Below, in pieces: positions 7,854 through 15,504 of a stretch of DNA of 64,000 nt. The notes below the pieces were generated by a model that ran no database searches, was not told the DNA's origin, and saw only the letters and a program-made list of their open reading frames with translations. Where the stretch lies: IMG/VR virus record IMGVR_UViG_3300045256_000567; one strand, given 5' to 3'. Source of the DNA: a virus. Position numbers and translations under genes: made by a program. The first letter of the stretch is position 1; each line of letters opens with the position of its first letter.

Positions 7854-9450
7854 CAGCAGTCTCCTCAATAGTTTCTTCATCTTCAGTATTTTCTATAGCT
7901 TTTACTGGTTTTATACCAAGTCTATTGGCAATTATTGAGTTTATATTAGTTTCTCCCGCTAACAATTTCTCTAAATCATATTTTTCTGGTTGTATTTCTA
8001 AAAGCAGGCTATATGATTTTTCGTCTAAGGTATCTGTTTCACCTAATATATATTCTAATATAATTTTAGCCGACTTAGAATTAAATTTATATTCTTTTAT
8101 ATTTTTTATATCTTTTGCATTATTTGGATCATTTTTTAATAAATACACCAACGCTTTCAATAATCTCCTTTCTTTGGGAGATATATAATCTATATCTTTA
8201 AGAATTTCGTATGATGCAACATTTGATTCTTTAGCTAACGACAACTCTACTCTTTTTACAAGATAACCTATTTGATATTTTGATCTTTCACACACCCTAA
8301 TCATTAAATTATACGCATGTGAGTTATTTTTGTACATTTTTAAATATTTAAATACTTTCTTTATCAGTTCTTCTCTAAGAATATCTATTGAGGTATTTTT
8401 AGGAAACTGTTTTTGAATAGATTTTAAATGGTGATTTATATAAAAATCATAAATATTTTTATATTTAATATTGTTCAAAAAATCATCTAAAGACTGAATT
8501 TTTAAAACTTCATCTATATCTTTTTGATACGTATGAAAGCCAAATACAGGATTAAAACTTGCCCTATTTGACGATATTATTGTTTTTGCAAAATCTGCAT
8601 ATGACAACAGTCCAGGTTCATCTTGATCCATCAAAAATCTAACAGAACCAAACTTATTAAGAAGATTTATTTGTTCTATAGACAAATTTGTTCCTAAAAT
8701 AGAAACAGCGGGGATATTCCTGCTAAGTAAAGCAAGCGCATCGTATACGCCTTCTACTACAAATACATAATCTATTTTCTCTTTAAATGCTAAATAGTAT
8801 GCTTCATCATAAAACATTAAATATTCTTTTTTAGGAAATCTATTAAACAAGTATTTTGGTAACCTTTCTCCAGTACTTCTCCCTACAAAACCTACTAATT
8901 TTTTATTAAAAAATATAGGAAAAATTAGTCTACCACCAAAGGAAAACTTATAGTCTCCGTTTGCGTGTCTGTTTATAATACCTAGGTTTGTTAAAAAATT
9001 TTGAAAATCTTCATTTTTTATATTTTCTAGAAGTGCTGAAGTTTTGTCGAAAGGTATATAATGGGCTGGGTAGTCTATATAAACACCTAGTCTCTCAAAA
9101 TTATATTTTTTTGTAAAATCATCGTCTGAATATTGTTTTAAAAGAGAATAAAAATTTTCTAAAGAGTTATTTTCTTTTCTGTATCGTGTGTTGTTTAAAA
9201 GCTCTTTATATCCATACTTTTCTACTAATACATTATTAACTTCTTCTAACGGAATACTTTCTATATATGATACAAACTGATATACATTCCCCCCTCTTTT
9301 ACAACCAAAACAATAAAATACATTTAAATCAGTGTTTATATGAAAAGACGGAGTATCTTCATCATGAAAAGGACAAAGACCATAGTATTGATTTTTACTT
9401 CTGCTTCTCAACAGTGTAAATTTAGAGGCTACCTCATATAAACTCACCAT
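7831..9450 (-). CDS. dnaG: DnaG-type DNA primase
   Basis: CPFHDEDTPS...CFGC zinc domain; TOPRIM VVEGVYDAL and DQDEPG. Confidence 0.95.
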   Translation of the reverse strand: MVSLYEVASKFTLLRSRSKNQYYGLCPFHDEDTPSFHINTDLNVFYCFGCKRGGNVYQFVSYIESIPLEEVNNVLVEKYGYKELLNNTRYRKENNSLENFYSLLKQYSDDDFTKKYNFERLGVYIDYPAHYIPFDKTSALLENIKNEDFQNFLTNLGIINRHANGDYKFSFGGRLIFPIFFNKKLVGFVGRSTGERLPKYLFNRFPKKEYLMFYDEAYYLAFKEKIDYVFVVEGVYDALALLSRNIPAVSILGTNLSIEQINLLNKFGSVRFLMDQDEPGLLSYADFAKTIISSNRASFNPVFGFHTYQKDIDEVLKIQSLDDFLNNIKYKNIYDFYINHHLKSIQKQFPKNTSIDILREELIKKVFKYLKMYKNNSHAYNLMIRVCERSKYQIGYLVKRVELSLAKESNVASYEILKDIDYISPKERRLLKALVYLLKNDPNNAKDIKNIKEYKFNSKSAKIILEYILGETDTLDEKSYSLLLEIQPEKYDLEKLLAGETNINSIIANRLGIKPVKAIENTEDEETIEETADDSEYIV

Positions 9451-9481
9451 ATTAGCATGGTATAACACCCCCGCTCAAAAT

Positions 9482-10126
9482 TCAACTTTGTGTAAAGGAG
9501 AACTCAAATCTATCAAATGCAATCTCTTCAGAAACTTCTTTTGGTGACACATAGCACCGTTCACATCTAGGTTCATATGTTATGTTTACCTCAAACTGTT
9601 TTGGAATGAAAGGCACAGGAATACCGTCTAATAATCCTTGATTAAACATAGCTTCCCTTCCACATATACTACACTCCGATTTAAACCTTTCTTTATAGTC
9701 AGCGATACTAATCAAATACTCAAACTGTGGATATGTTTTTCCAATATAATCTTTCTCTAAACTTAAAAACCCAACAAGCGGATTATCTAATCTGTCCCTT
9801 ACTAAAAAAAATAAATGTTTCAATTCTTCTACAGCAAATAAGTGAGATTTAACTATATGAATAACTCTCAATTTTCTTGCCTCACCTATTTTCAGTTTTA
9901 TAAAATCTTTAAAAGTAAACACTATATCTGTTTTAATTTTTTTATTTTTATAAAAAATTATTCCGTTTTCAAAATCAGGATCGTTTTCTGGAGATATGAT
10001 AATATGGCGCAAATTAAAATCTTTTGGATCTTTTTTTATAGGAAAATATTCAAATGATACAGAATTATAAATTAATTCTCTTTTTCCCGATTCTACTGTT
10101 CCATAAAATACTGAAATTACGGCCAT
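9482..10126 (-). CDS. tdk: Thymidine kinase-like protein (divergent)
   Basis: GTVESGK P-loop, CSIC...YEPRCERC zinc/lasso region; canonical DEAQF absent. Confidence 0.7.
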   Translation of the reverse strand: MAVISVFYGTVESGKRELIYNSVSFEYFPIKKDPKDFNLRHIIISPENDPDFENGIIFYKNKKIKTDIVFTFKDFIKLKIGEARKLRVIHIVKSHLFAVEELKHLFFLVRDRLDNPLVGFLSLEKDYIGKTYPQFEYLISIADYKERFKSECSICGREAMFNQGLLDGIPVPFIPKQFEVNITYEPRCERCYVSPKEVSEEIAFDRFEFSFTQS

Positions 10127-10171
10127 AAGAAAATAATACAATACATTTGCATATTTTTCAACAAAAATATA

Positions 10172-10879
10172 TCAATCTTCTTGGTACATAGATTTAAACA
10201 GACTTTCTTTAACTTTAATTAAATCAATTCCTTTGCTGTTTATATAAAAATAAATTTCCCCTTTGTTCTTAACAACTTTATGCACAAGATTCCTTTCTAC
10301 GGCTTCGTTTAATGATAAATATACATCCGCTGAAAAAGTTTTTCCCGGTTCCCAGGAAAATTTATCAGATATTTGTATATCTTTTAAAATATATGACTCC
10401 AATATTTCTTTTAATTTTTCATAAAGCTGTTGAGTATTAATCATTGCATCTTTAATGTTGGTAAATTCTGGCATGATAATTCTAACATCATGAATCATAA
10501 AATAAGAAAAAGGTGTGGACAGTCTATTTTCCTTCGGAAAGGATAAATAAATATATACACCACTACTTGCAATAAGAGAATCAGCAACTATAAAAATTTT
10601 TCTATCAAACATTCTTACGAAGCTAATAAATCTTAACGCGTCGTCTACATTACCACCTGATGTTGAAAAAAATAAAACTATAGGAATTGAGTAAAACCTT
10701 AAATTCGAAATGTATTCATAATCAAGTAGAGAAGCGTCCAAATTTGATAGTGAATTAATTAAATCATTAATATTTTCCTCGTTTATGTCTGAAGAAAAAT
10801 AAATTTCGTTTGGAAGCTTAATAACAGAGTTTGCATTATTGCCTTGAGATTCAAAAGACCCAATCTTCATTTTCTTCAT
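10172..10879 (-). CDS. clpP: ClpP-like protease
   Basis: STSGGNV, IASSG and FMIHD motifs. Confidence 0.85.
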   Translation of the reverse strand: MKKMKIGSFESQGNNANSVIKLPNEIYFSSDINEENINDLINSLSNLDASLLDYEYISNLRFYSIPIVLFFSTSGGNVDDALRFISFVRMFDRKIFIVADSLIASSGVYIYLSFPKENRLSTPFSYFMIHDVRIIMPEFTNIKDAMINTQQLYEKLKEILESYILKDIQISDKFSWEPGKTFSADVYLSLNEAVERNLVHKVVKNKGEIYFYINSKGIDLIKVKESLFKSMYQED

Positions 10880-11738
10880 AATACTCTTTCTCCTTAAGAA
10901 TAGTTTGTATATATTTAATTTTTCCGTTATTATCTACTGTTTTATTGAAATTGGGCCAACAAAGTTTTGTAAAAGCGCAATATGAACATTGCCAAGGAAG
11001 TGTTCTTTCAATATAAAATTCTGTTTCTACTTCATTATATACGTATGGTCTTTCTGGAAGTTCGCCAGTTTTAAATCCGTGAATTGCGGACTTAAAACGT
11101 TTTATAGATTCGTCTACAACTGATTGGTTGTAAACTACGGGAACTATTTTTCTATGGCTGGTTCCTTTATTATAAACCCAAAGATATGCTTCGCGTAAAC
11201 CAGTAGCATACATATAAACATTAAGCTGCGCGATGTAGTCTTTGGGAATTTCCCTATCAAATTCTTTCCAAGCTCTTTCGTTTACAGTTTTTATATCTAA
11301 TAAAACATCTTTATTTTTTAGTTTTAAAATCCCATCTATATGTCCAAAAATCTTAAACCCGTCTACTTCAATATACACTTCTTTCTCTTGATCCACAAGT
11401 TCGTTTACTTCAGATATTATTAATCTTTCAACATCATGTACGATATGACCTAGCTGAAAAATACTAATTGCTCTTGGGCTTAATGGTTCCTTTTTCTCAG
11501 GAAAAAGCATAGAGTATGATATTGCTCTAGGGCATTTTCCAGAAGAAGAAAATCTCAACATGCTTTTTAAAGAATCTTCTGGATTATACTTTAAGTTTAT
11601 AGGAATGTTTATTTCTCCTCCATTTTTATATATATGAGACAAATACTCTTCTACAGAATTTAAGACATCACTTATGCTGTTTAAATTTGGAGGTTTATTA
11701 TATTTTTTCTTATTAGATAAGATTTCCTCTATTGACAT
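10851..11738 (-). CDS. PD-(D/E)XK RecB/Cas4-like exonuclease
   Basis: CPR, GHIVH, GHIDG...LLDIKT, QLNVYM, CSYCAFTKLC. Confidence 0.88.
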   Translation of the reverse strand: MSIEEILSNKKKYNKPPNLNSISDVLNSVEEYLSHIYKNGGEINIPINLKYNPEDSLKSMLRFSSSGKCPRAISYSMLFPEKKEPLSPRAISIFQLGHIVHDVERLIISEVNELVDQEKEVYIEVDGFKIFGHIDGILKLKNKDVLLDIKTVNERAWKEFDREIPKDYIAQLNVYMYATGLREAYLWVYNKGTSHRKIVPVVYNQSVVDESIKRFKSAIHGFKTGELPERPYVYNEVETEFYIERTLPWQCSYCAFTKLCWPNFNKTVDNNGKIKYIQTILKEKEYYEENEDWVF

Positions 11739-11790
11739 ACATATATAATAACATCAAATAAATGTTTTGGGAAGACCCCCCCTAATTTAC

Positions 11791-12033
11791 AGAACAGTTT
11801 GCAGAAAGCCTACACCTAAAGGTGTAGGATGAATGCAAAAATTGAAATTCTATGGTATAATAAACTTGTGCAAAAGAAGCACACCAAATCCTACAAAGCT
11901 GAAAATGCTGGTAGGTACTTGAATTATAAGATTCAAGGTAATCATCGGGAAAATAAGAAAATACCGATAATGGCTTGGACGGAGCCTTCGTTAATTACGA
12001 GAAGCCCAATTCTTTAGAATTGGGAGTCGTCAC
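11791..12033 (+). mobile_element. Non-coding mini-element M3 (LE, promoter, omegaRNA, RE)
   Basis: TTAC at 11787-11790, LE hairpin CCTACACCTAAAGGTGTAGG, RE ending TCAC at 12033. Confidence 0.9.
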
Positions 12034-12053
12034 AAAATAAAAATAAGTATGCC
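11868..12053 (+). ncRNA. Stand-alone TnpB omegaRNA 1 (scaffold ~11868-12033 plus guide AAAATAAAAATAAGTATGCC)
   Basis: TG-g-TATAAT at 11853-11861; seven successive hairpins; 3' 62 nt identical to the RE of tnpB copy 2; identical copy at 56079-56256. Confidence 0.75.
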
Positions 12054-12612
12054 TACTTATGTTATTTCTTATACAAGTTGTTCAAGCATTTGCACGCCTC
12101 CACCTCCGCCACCACCTGTTCCAGAAAGCTTTGAAATTTTATTAAATAAAGGTACTATTTATCTTAAAAATATCCCTCAGTCTCCACAAAAACAAATAAT
12201 AGAAGTGTTTTTTGAGTACCTAGATAAATATTTAGTAAAAAATATAGATACACAATCTGAAAACAATTATGTTATTTCTACAAAAATTGAAAACGCAAAT
12301 ATTTATTATTATGGTAACGTATCTATTACTTTTTACGAAGATATAAGTGATCTATGTAATTTTTCTATAAATAAACATTATATAAATCAAGATGACATAT
12401 ATCCATCATATATTAGTGTAGAAATACAATCAATAGATAATGATGCTGAACTGGGATATATTTATATATTATATTCAAGTAATACTAAATCTGAAAAATA
12501 TATTATTCATATACAAAATAATATCTCAGAGTTAATTAATAAAAGTATACTTATATATGATGAAGATGCTGATAATATAGATATAAGCGCATTCTGTGTA
12601 AATACAATTTAA
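12049..12612 (+). CDS. Hypothetical protein with CSSIC-polyPro N-terminus
   Basis: MPTYVISYTSCSSICTPPPPPPP, similar to the N-terminus of 2413..3510. Confidence 0.75.
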   Translation: MPTYVISYTSCSSICTPPPPPPPVPESFEILLNKGTIYLKNIPQSPQKQIIEVFFEYLDKYLVKNIDTQSENNYVISTKIENANIYYYGNVSITFYEDISDLCNFSINKHYINQDDIYPSYISVEIQSIDNDAELGYIYILYSSNTKSEKYIIHIQNNISELINKSILIYDEDADNIDISAFCVNTI

Positions 12613-12622
12613 AGGAGCTTTT

Positions 12623-13438
12623 GTGGAAAATATACAAAAATTAAAAAATTTAAAAAATTCTATAAGAAATTTTTATGAAAAAAACGGATTATTACCGCAA
12701 GAAATAATAAATATAACTCAAACAAATGATTTAGAAAAATCTTTAAGTATACTAGAAAATAAAATAAAAACAGACAATTTAATATTAAATATATTTTCTG
12801 GATTGTACGAACAATTATTTAGCACAAATCTTTCATCTAACCAAAACACTACAAAATTTATTCATAGTGATAATAATAAATTTTATAGAATTGATGAAAT
12901 ACAAACTAATAATTTAGACGATTCTATATTTTACAATATTACCATTAATGTTAGTTTTACTAATTTTTCCATTAATGACATAGATTATTTATCATTAGGT
13001 ATAAGTTTTGATGGCAAGAATTTTTACTCAAAATTATTTTTTAACAGCCCTCAAAATTTACTAAACATTTCTGCTGGACCCAAAGAAAATAGATTACAAT
13101 CTATCGTATGTGTAATCAAAGAGAATATTTCAAGTTTACCAATTATTTTTTTAAATAATAATAGATCTTTTACATATTTTTCTAATGAAGTACCATTATT
13201 TTCATATAATGGAAATATAAAAAACAACTACTCCCAAGTACAATTAGATCAAAATAATCAGCCATTAAATATATTAATGGGCGTTTTAGTAAACACAAAT
13301 AAAAATACTAATATTTTGCTTTCTTCTGATCTTAAAAAAACATCCTCTTCAGATTTAGAAAATAGAATTTCAATTAGTGTATATAAAGTTTTTAAATCCT
13401 TCTCTAATAGAATACGTGTCAATTCCGCAATCATTTAA
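12623..13438 (+). CDS. Hypothetical (possibly virion) protein
   Basis: 271-aa ORF, AAGGAG SD. Confidence 0.7.
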   Translation: MENIQKLKNLKNSIRNFYEKNGLLPQEIINITQTNDLEKSLSILENKIKTDNLILNIFSGLYEQLFSTNLSSNQNTTKFIHSDNNKFYRIDEIQTNNLDDSIFYNITINVSFTNFSINDIDYLSLGISFDGKNFYSKLFFNSPQNLLNISAGPKENRLQSIVCVIKENISSLPIIFLNNNRSFTYFSNEVPLFSYNGNIKNNYSQVQLDQNNQPLNILMGVLVNTNKNTNILLSSDLKKTSSSDLENRISISVYKVFKSFSNRIRVNSAII

Positions 13439-14845
13439 ATTTTCTATTCTGTCTATCTTTAGTTTGAAGATATCTACAAAAATTGATAGAGAGTCTTTTA
13501 GAATATTTGTAAAGTCTTTAGGAAGGCTATATCGAAAATAACTTTTAAGATCTGATAATTCAAATACTGTTCCTAAGGAAATCTTTTCTTCTCCATAATT
13601 AATCCATCTTCCTTTAGCTATTAATACTAATACATTTTTAGATTTTAAGTACTTAAATACCTTAGAAATGTCTCTTTTGCTTATACCGCGCTTACTTAGC
13701 GCATTATACCCCATTACAAATCTCTTACCAAAAATAACAGATTTATATACGATATCAGACAAAATTGTTTCAATAGATTTTTTTGATGCATCTATTTCTT
13801 CTTTTTTTATTGATGATATAATTTGTATCGCTTTCTGATAATTTTCGTTGGTAACAAATAAAAATTTAAAAGAATACTCTGGTAAATATTCATAAAGAGA
13901 TGAGAATGAAATTTTTTCTCCTTTTTTTATTCTTGAAAAAGTTCTAGATATAACGTTTACTCTACTTTTAAATTCTTCATCTTCACTTATTAAAATCTTA
14001 ACAATATCCAAAAACTTAGAAAAACTAACTTTCATTGCAGCCGCCAGGCCAGAAAATGAATAAATTATATTATTTCTATTTCCTTTATAGTAGTATTTCT
14101 TAAGATCATTTGCTATTTCAAGTAAAAAATTTTCTCTTTGCTCTTCTGTAACAGGAATTAATTCCAATTTTTCATAGGATTCATTATCTATAGATAAATT
14201 AATTCTAGACAAATACTGAACAGAATGCTGCATTAATGGAATTCTTTTCAAAACATTGTCTAAGGTGCTTTCGTTATTTGCATATCTAAAAAACTTTTGG
14301 GTAAAAAAATTAAGTTTCTTCTTAAATGATACTTTTTCATTTTTATGATAGAAATTGTAATTAACTACCCCACCATATCCATAGTAATCAATGCTATCAC
14401 TAAAAATACATATTTGCTTCCCAGGACTACTTGGAACAAACTCAACCTTACAATTAAAATAATTTTCAGCAAGCTTTGCCATTATATCAGAAAAAGCATG
14501 CATTTTAGAAAATAGAACCCTATCTGTAAATGGAATGTATATATGAGCCCTACCACCAAGCGATCTATTTGAATAAGAATTTATATTAAAAATATCGTGT
14601 AAAGCACGCTGAAACATAACAACACGTTGAGGATCATATGCACAATCAACATCTAAAATAGACAAATAAGAGAACCCGCCTTCACATATAGAAGAAGAGC
14701 TTAAAACAACCGATCCAGAAATATAGGAAAACATAAGCCTACTACTATACTCAGTAGATCTAAAAGATTTAAAGGAAGACGGCGAATACACCGCCCTATC
14801 ACCTTTTTTATACCCTAATCTAGACTCTATAAAAGAAAAAGACAC
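13370..14845 (-). CDS. AEP-superfamily primase/replication initiator-like protein with PriCT-like and probable wHTH domains
   Basis: ILDVD (motif I), SLGGRAHIY (motif II), GNRNNIIY (PriCT-like); GGAGG SD. Confidence 0.7.
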   Translation of the reverse strand: MSFSFIESRLGYKKGDRAVYSPSSFKSFRSTEYSSRLMFSYISGSVVLSSSSICEGGFSYLSILDVDCAYDPQRVVMFQRALHDIFNINSYSNRSLGGRAHIYIPFTDRVLFSKMHAFSDIMAKLAENYFNCKVEFVPSSPGKQICIFSDSIDYYGYGGVVNYNFYHKNEKVSFKKKLNFFTQKFFRYANNESTLDNVLKRIPLMQHSVQYLSRINLSIDNESYEKLELIPVTEEQRENFLLEIANDLKKYYYKGNRNNIIYSFSGLAAAMKVSFSKFLDIVKILISEDEEFKSRVNVISRTFSRIKKGEKISFSSLYEYLPEYSFKFLFVTNENYQKAIQIISSIKKEEIDASKKSIETILSDIVYKSVIFGKRFVMGYNALSKRGISKRDISKVFKYLKSKNVLVLIAKGRWINYGEEKISLGTVFELSDLKSYFRYSLPKDFTNILKDSLSIFVDIFKLKIDRIENLNDCGIDTYSIREGFKNFIYTN

Positions 14846-15007
14846 TACTATCCTCCAAATTTAAATACACCGCACCTATCAACGTACACTGAGCACATAC
14901 TATAGAAATCTCCCAACTACATATGTCACCGCAGACACACTTTCCCCCAGACCGCTTCAGCTATAACACACCCGCGCCAATGTTGGTACACTATATATAC
15001 TGAAAAA
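14846..15007. other. Candidate replication origin region
   Basis: Non-coding, C-rich on + strand, repeated ACCGC/ACCCGC words, local strand-skew switch, flanked by the AEP gene and near polA. Confidence 0.4.
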
Positions 15008-15445
15008 CTAAAGGTACGACTTGCATAACCCCTTTAGTACTTCCTTAGTAAACTGTGTGTACGTAAGACTCAGTAGTTCCCCGTTTTCGTAGAAGTGTAT
15101 CCGCTTGAACCTTAGCTCTTTTAGCACAGTTGCACAGTATATGCATGGCTTTGTGTTTTTTAGCTCCGCCTTTCTGTACCCCACTATGTATATGTCAGAC
15201 GGTATGAATTTTTTCTTTTTGGCTTTGTAGTAAAAGTCTAGTTCCGCGTGTAGGGATAGAAATTCGGGGTAATTGTGCTTTACTTGTACGCTTGTTATGT
15301 ACTTATTGTGGCCTACTATTATTTCTTTTTTATTAATTCCTATGCAGTACATTGTTATTTTACCGTCGCTTCTTTTCGGTTTTAGTTTTTTTACCGTTGG
15401 CGGTAGTTCTTCTTTTTTACTATAAAACGTTTCAGGCTCCTCCAT
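15008..15445 (-). CDS. Cytidine/dCMP deaminase-family protein
   Basis: HAE...PCIYC zinc-deaminase motif. Confidence 0.75.
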   Translation of the reverse strand: MEEPETFYSKKEELPPTVKKLKPKRSDGKITMYCIGINKKEIIVGHNKYITSVQVKHNYPEFLSLHAELDFYYKAKKKKFIPSDIYIVGYRKAELKNTKPCIYCATVLKELRFKRIHFYENGELLSLTYTQFTKEVLKGLCKSYL

Positions 15446-15504
15446 TTCGGCTCCCCCGTTGCATAATATTAGCATTTCTTTTGTTTTTGTGGTACCATTT
15501 GATT

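Noticed and set aside
11829-12017. 62-aa ORF ending AWTEPSLITRSPIL
   Set aside because: It starts in the LE upstream of the -10 box and has no start in the second copy, so it is better explained as a structured RNA.
12034-12053. Internal targets for the omegaRNA 1 and tnpB1 guides
   Set aside because: These guides are low-complexity and AT-rich. Only short matches (e.g. TTAC-AAAATA at 55285) were seen, which are expected by chance.
15352-15504. Hydrophobic N-terminal extension of the DNA polymerase
   Set aside because: It overlaps the oppositely oriented deaminase gene. The exonuclease domain starts right after ATG 15505.
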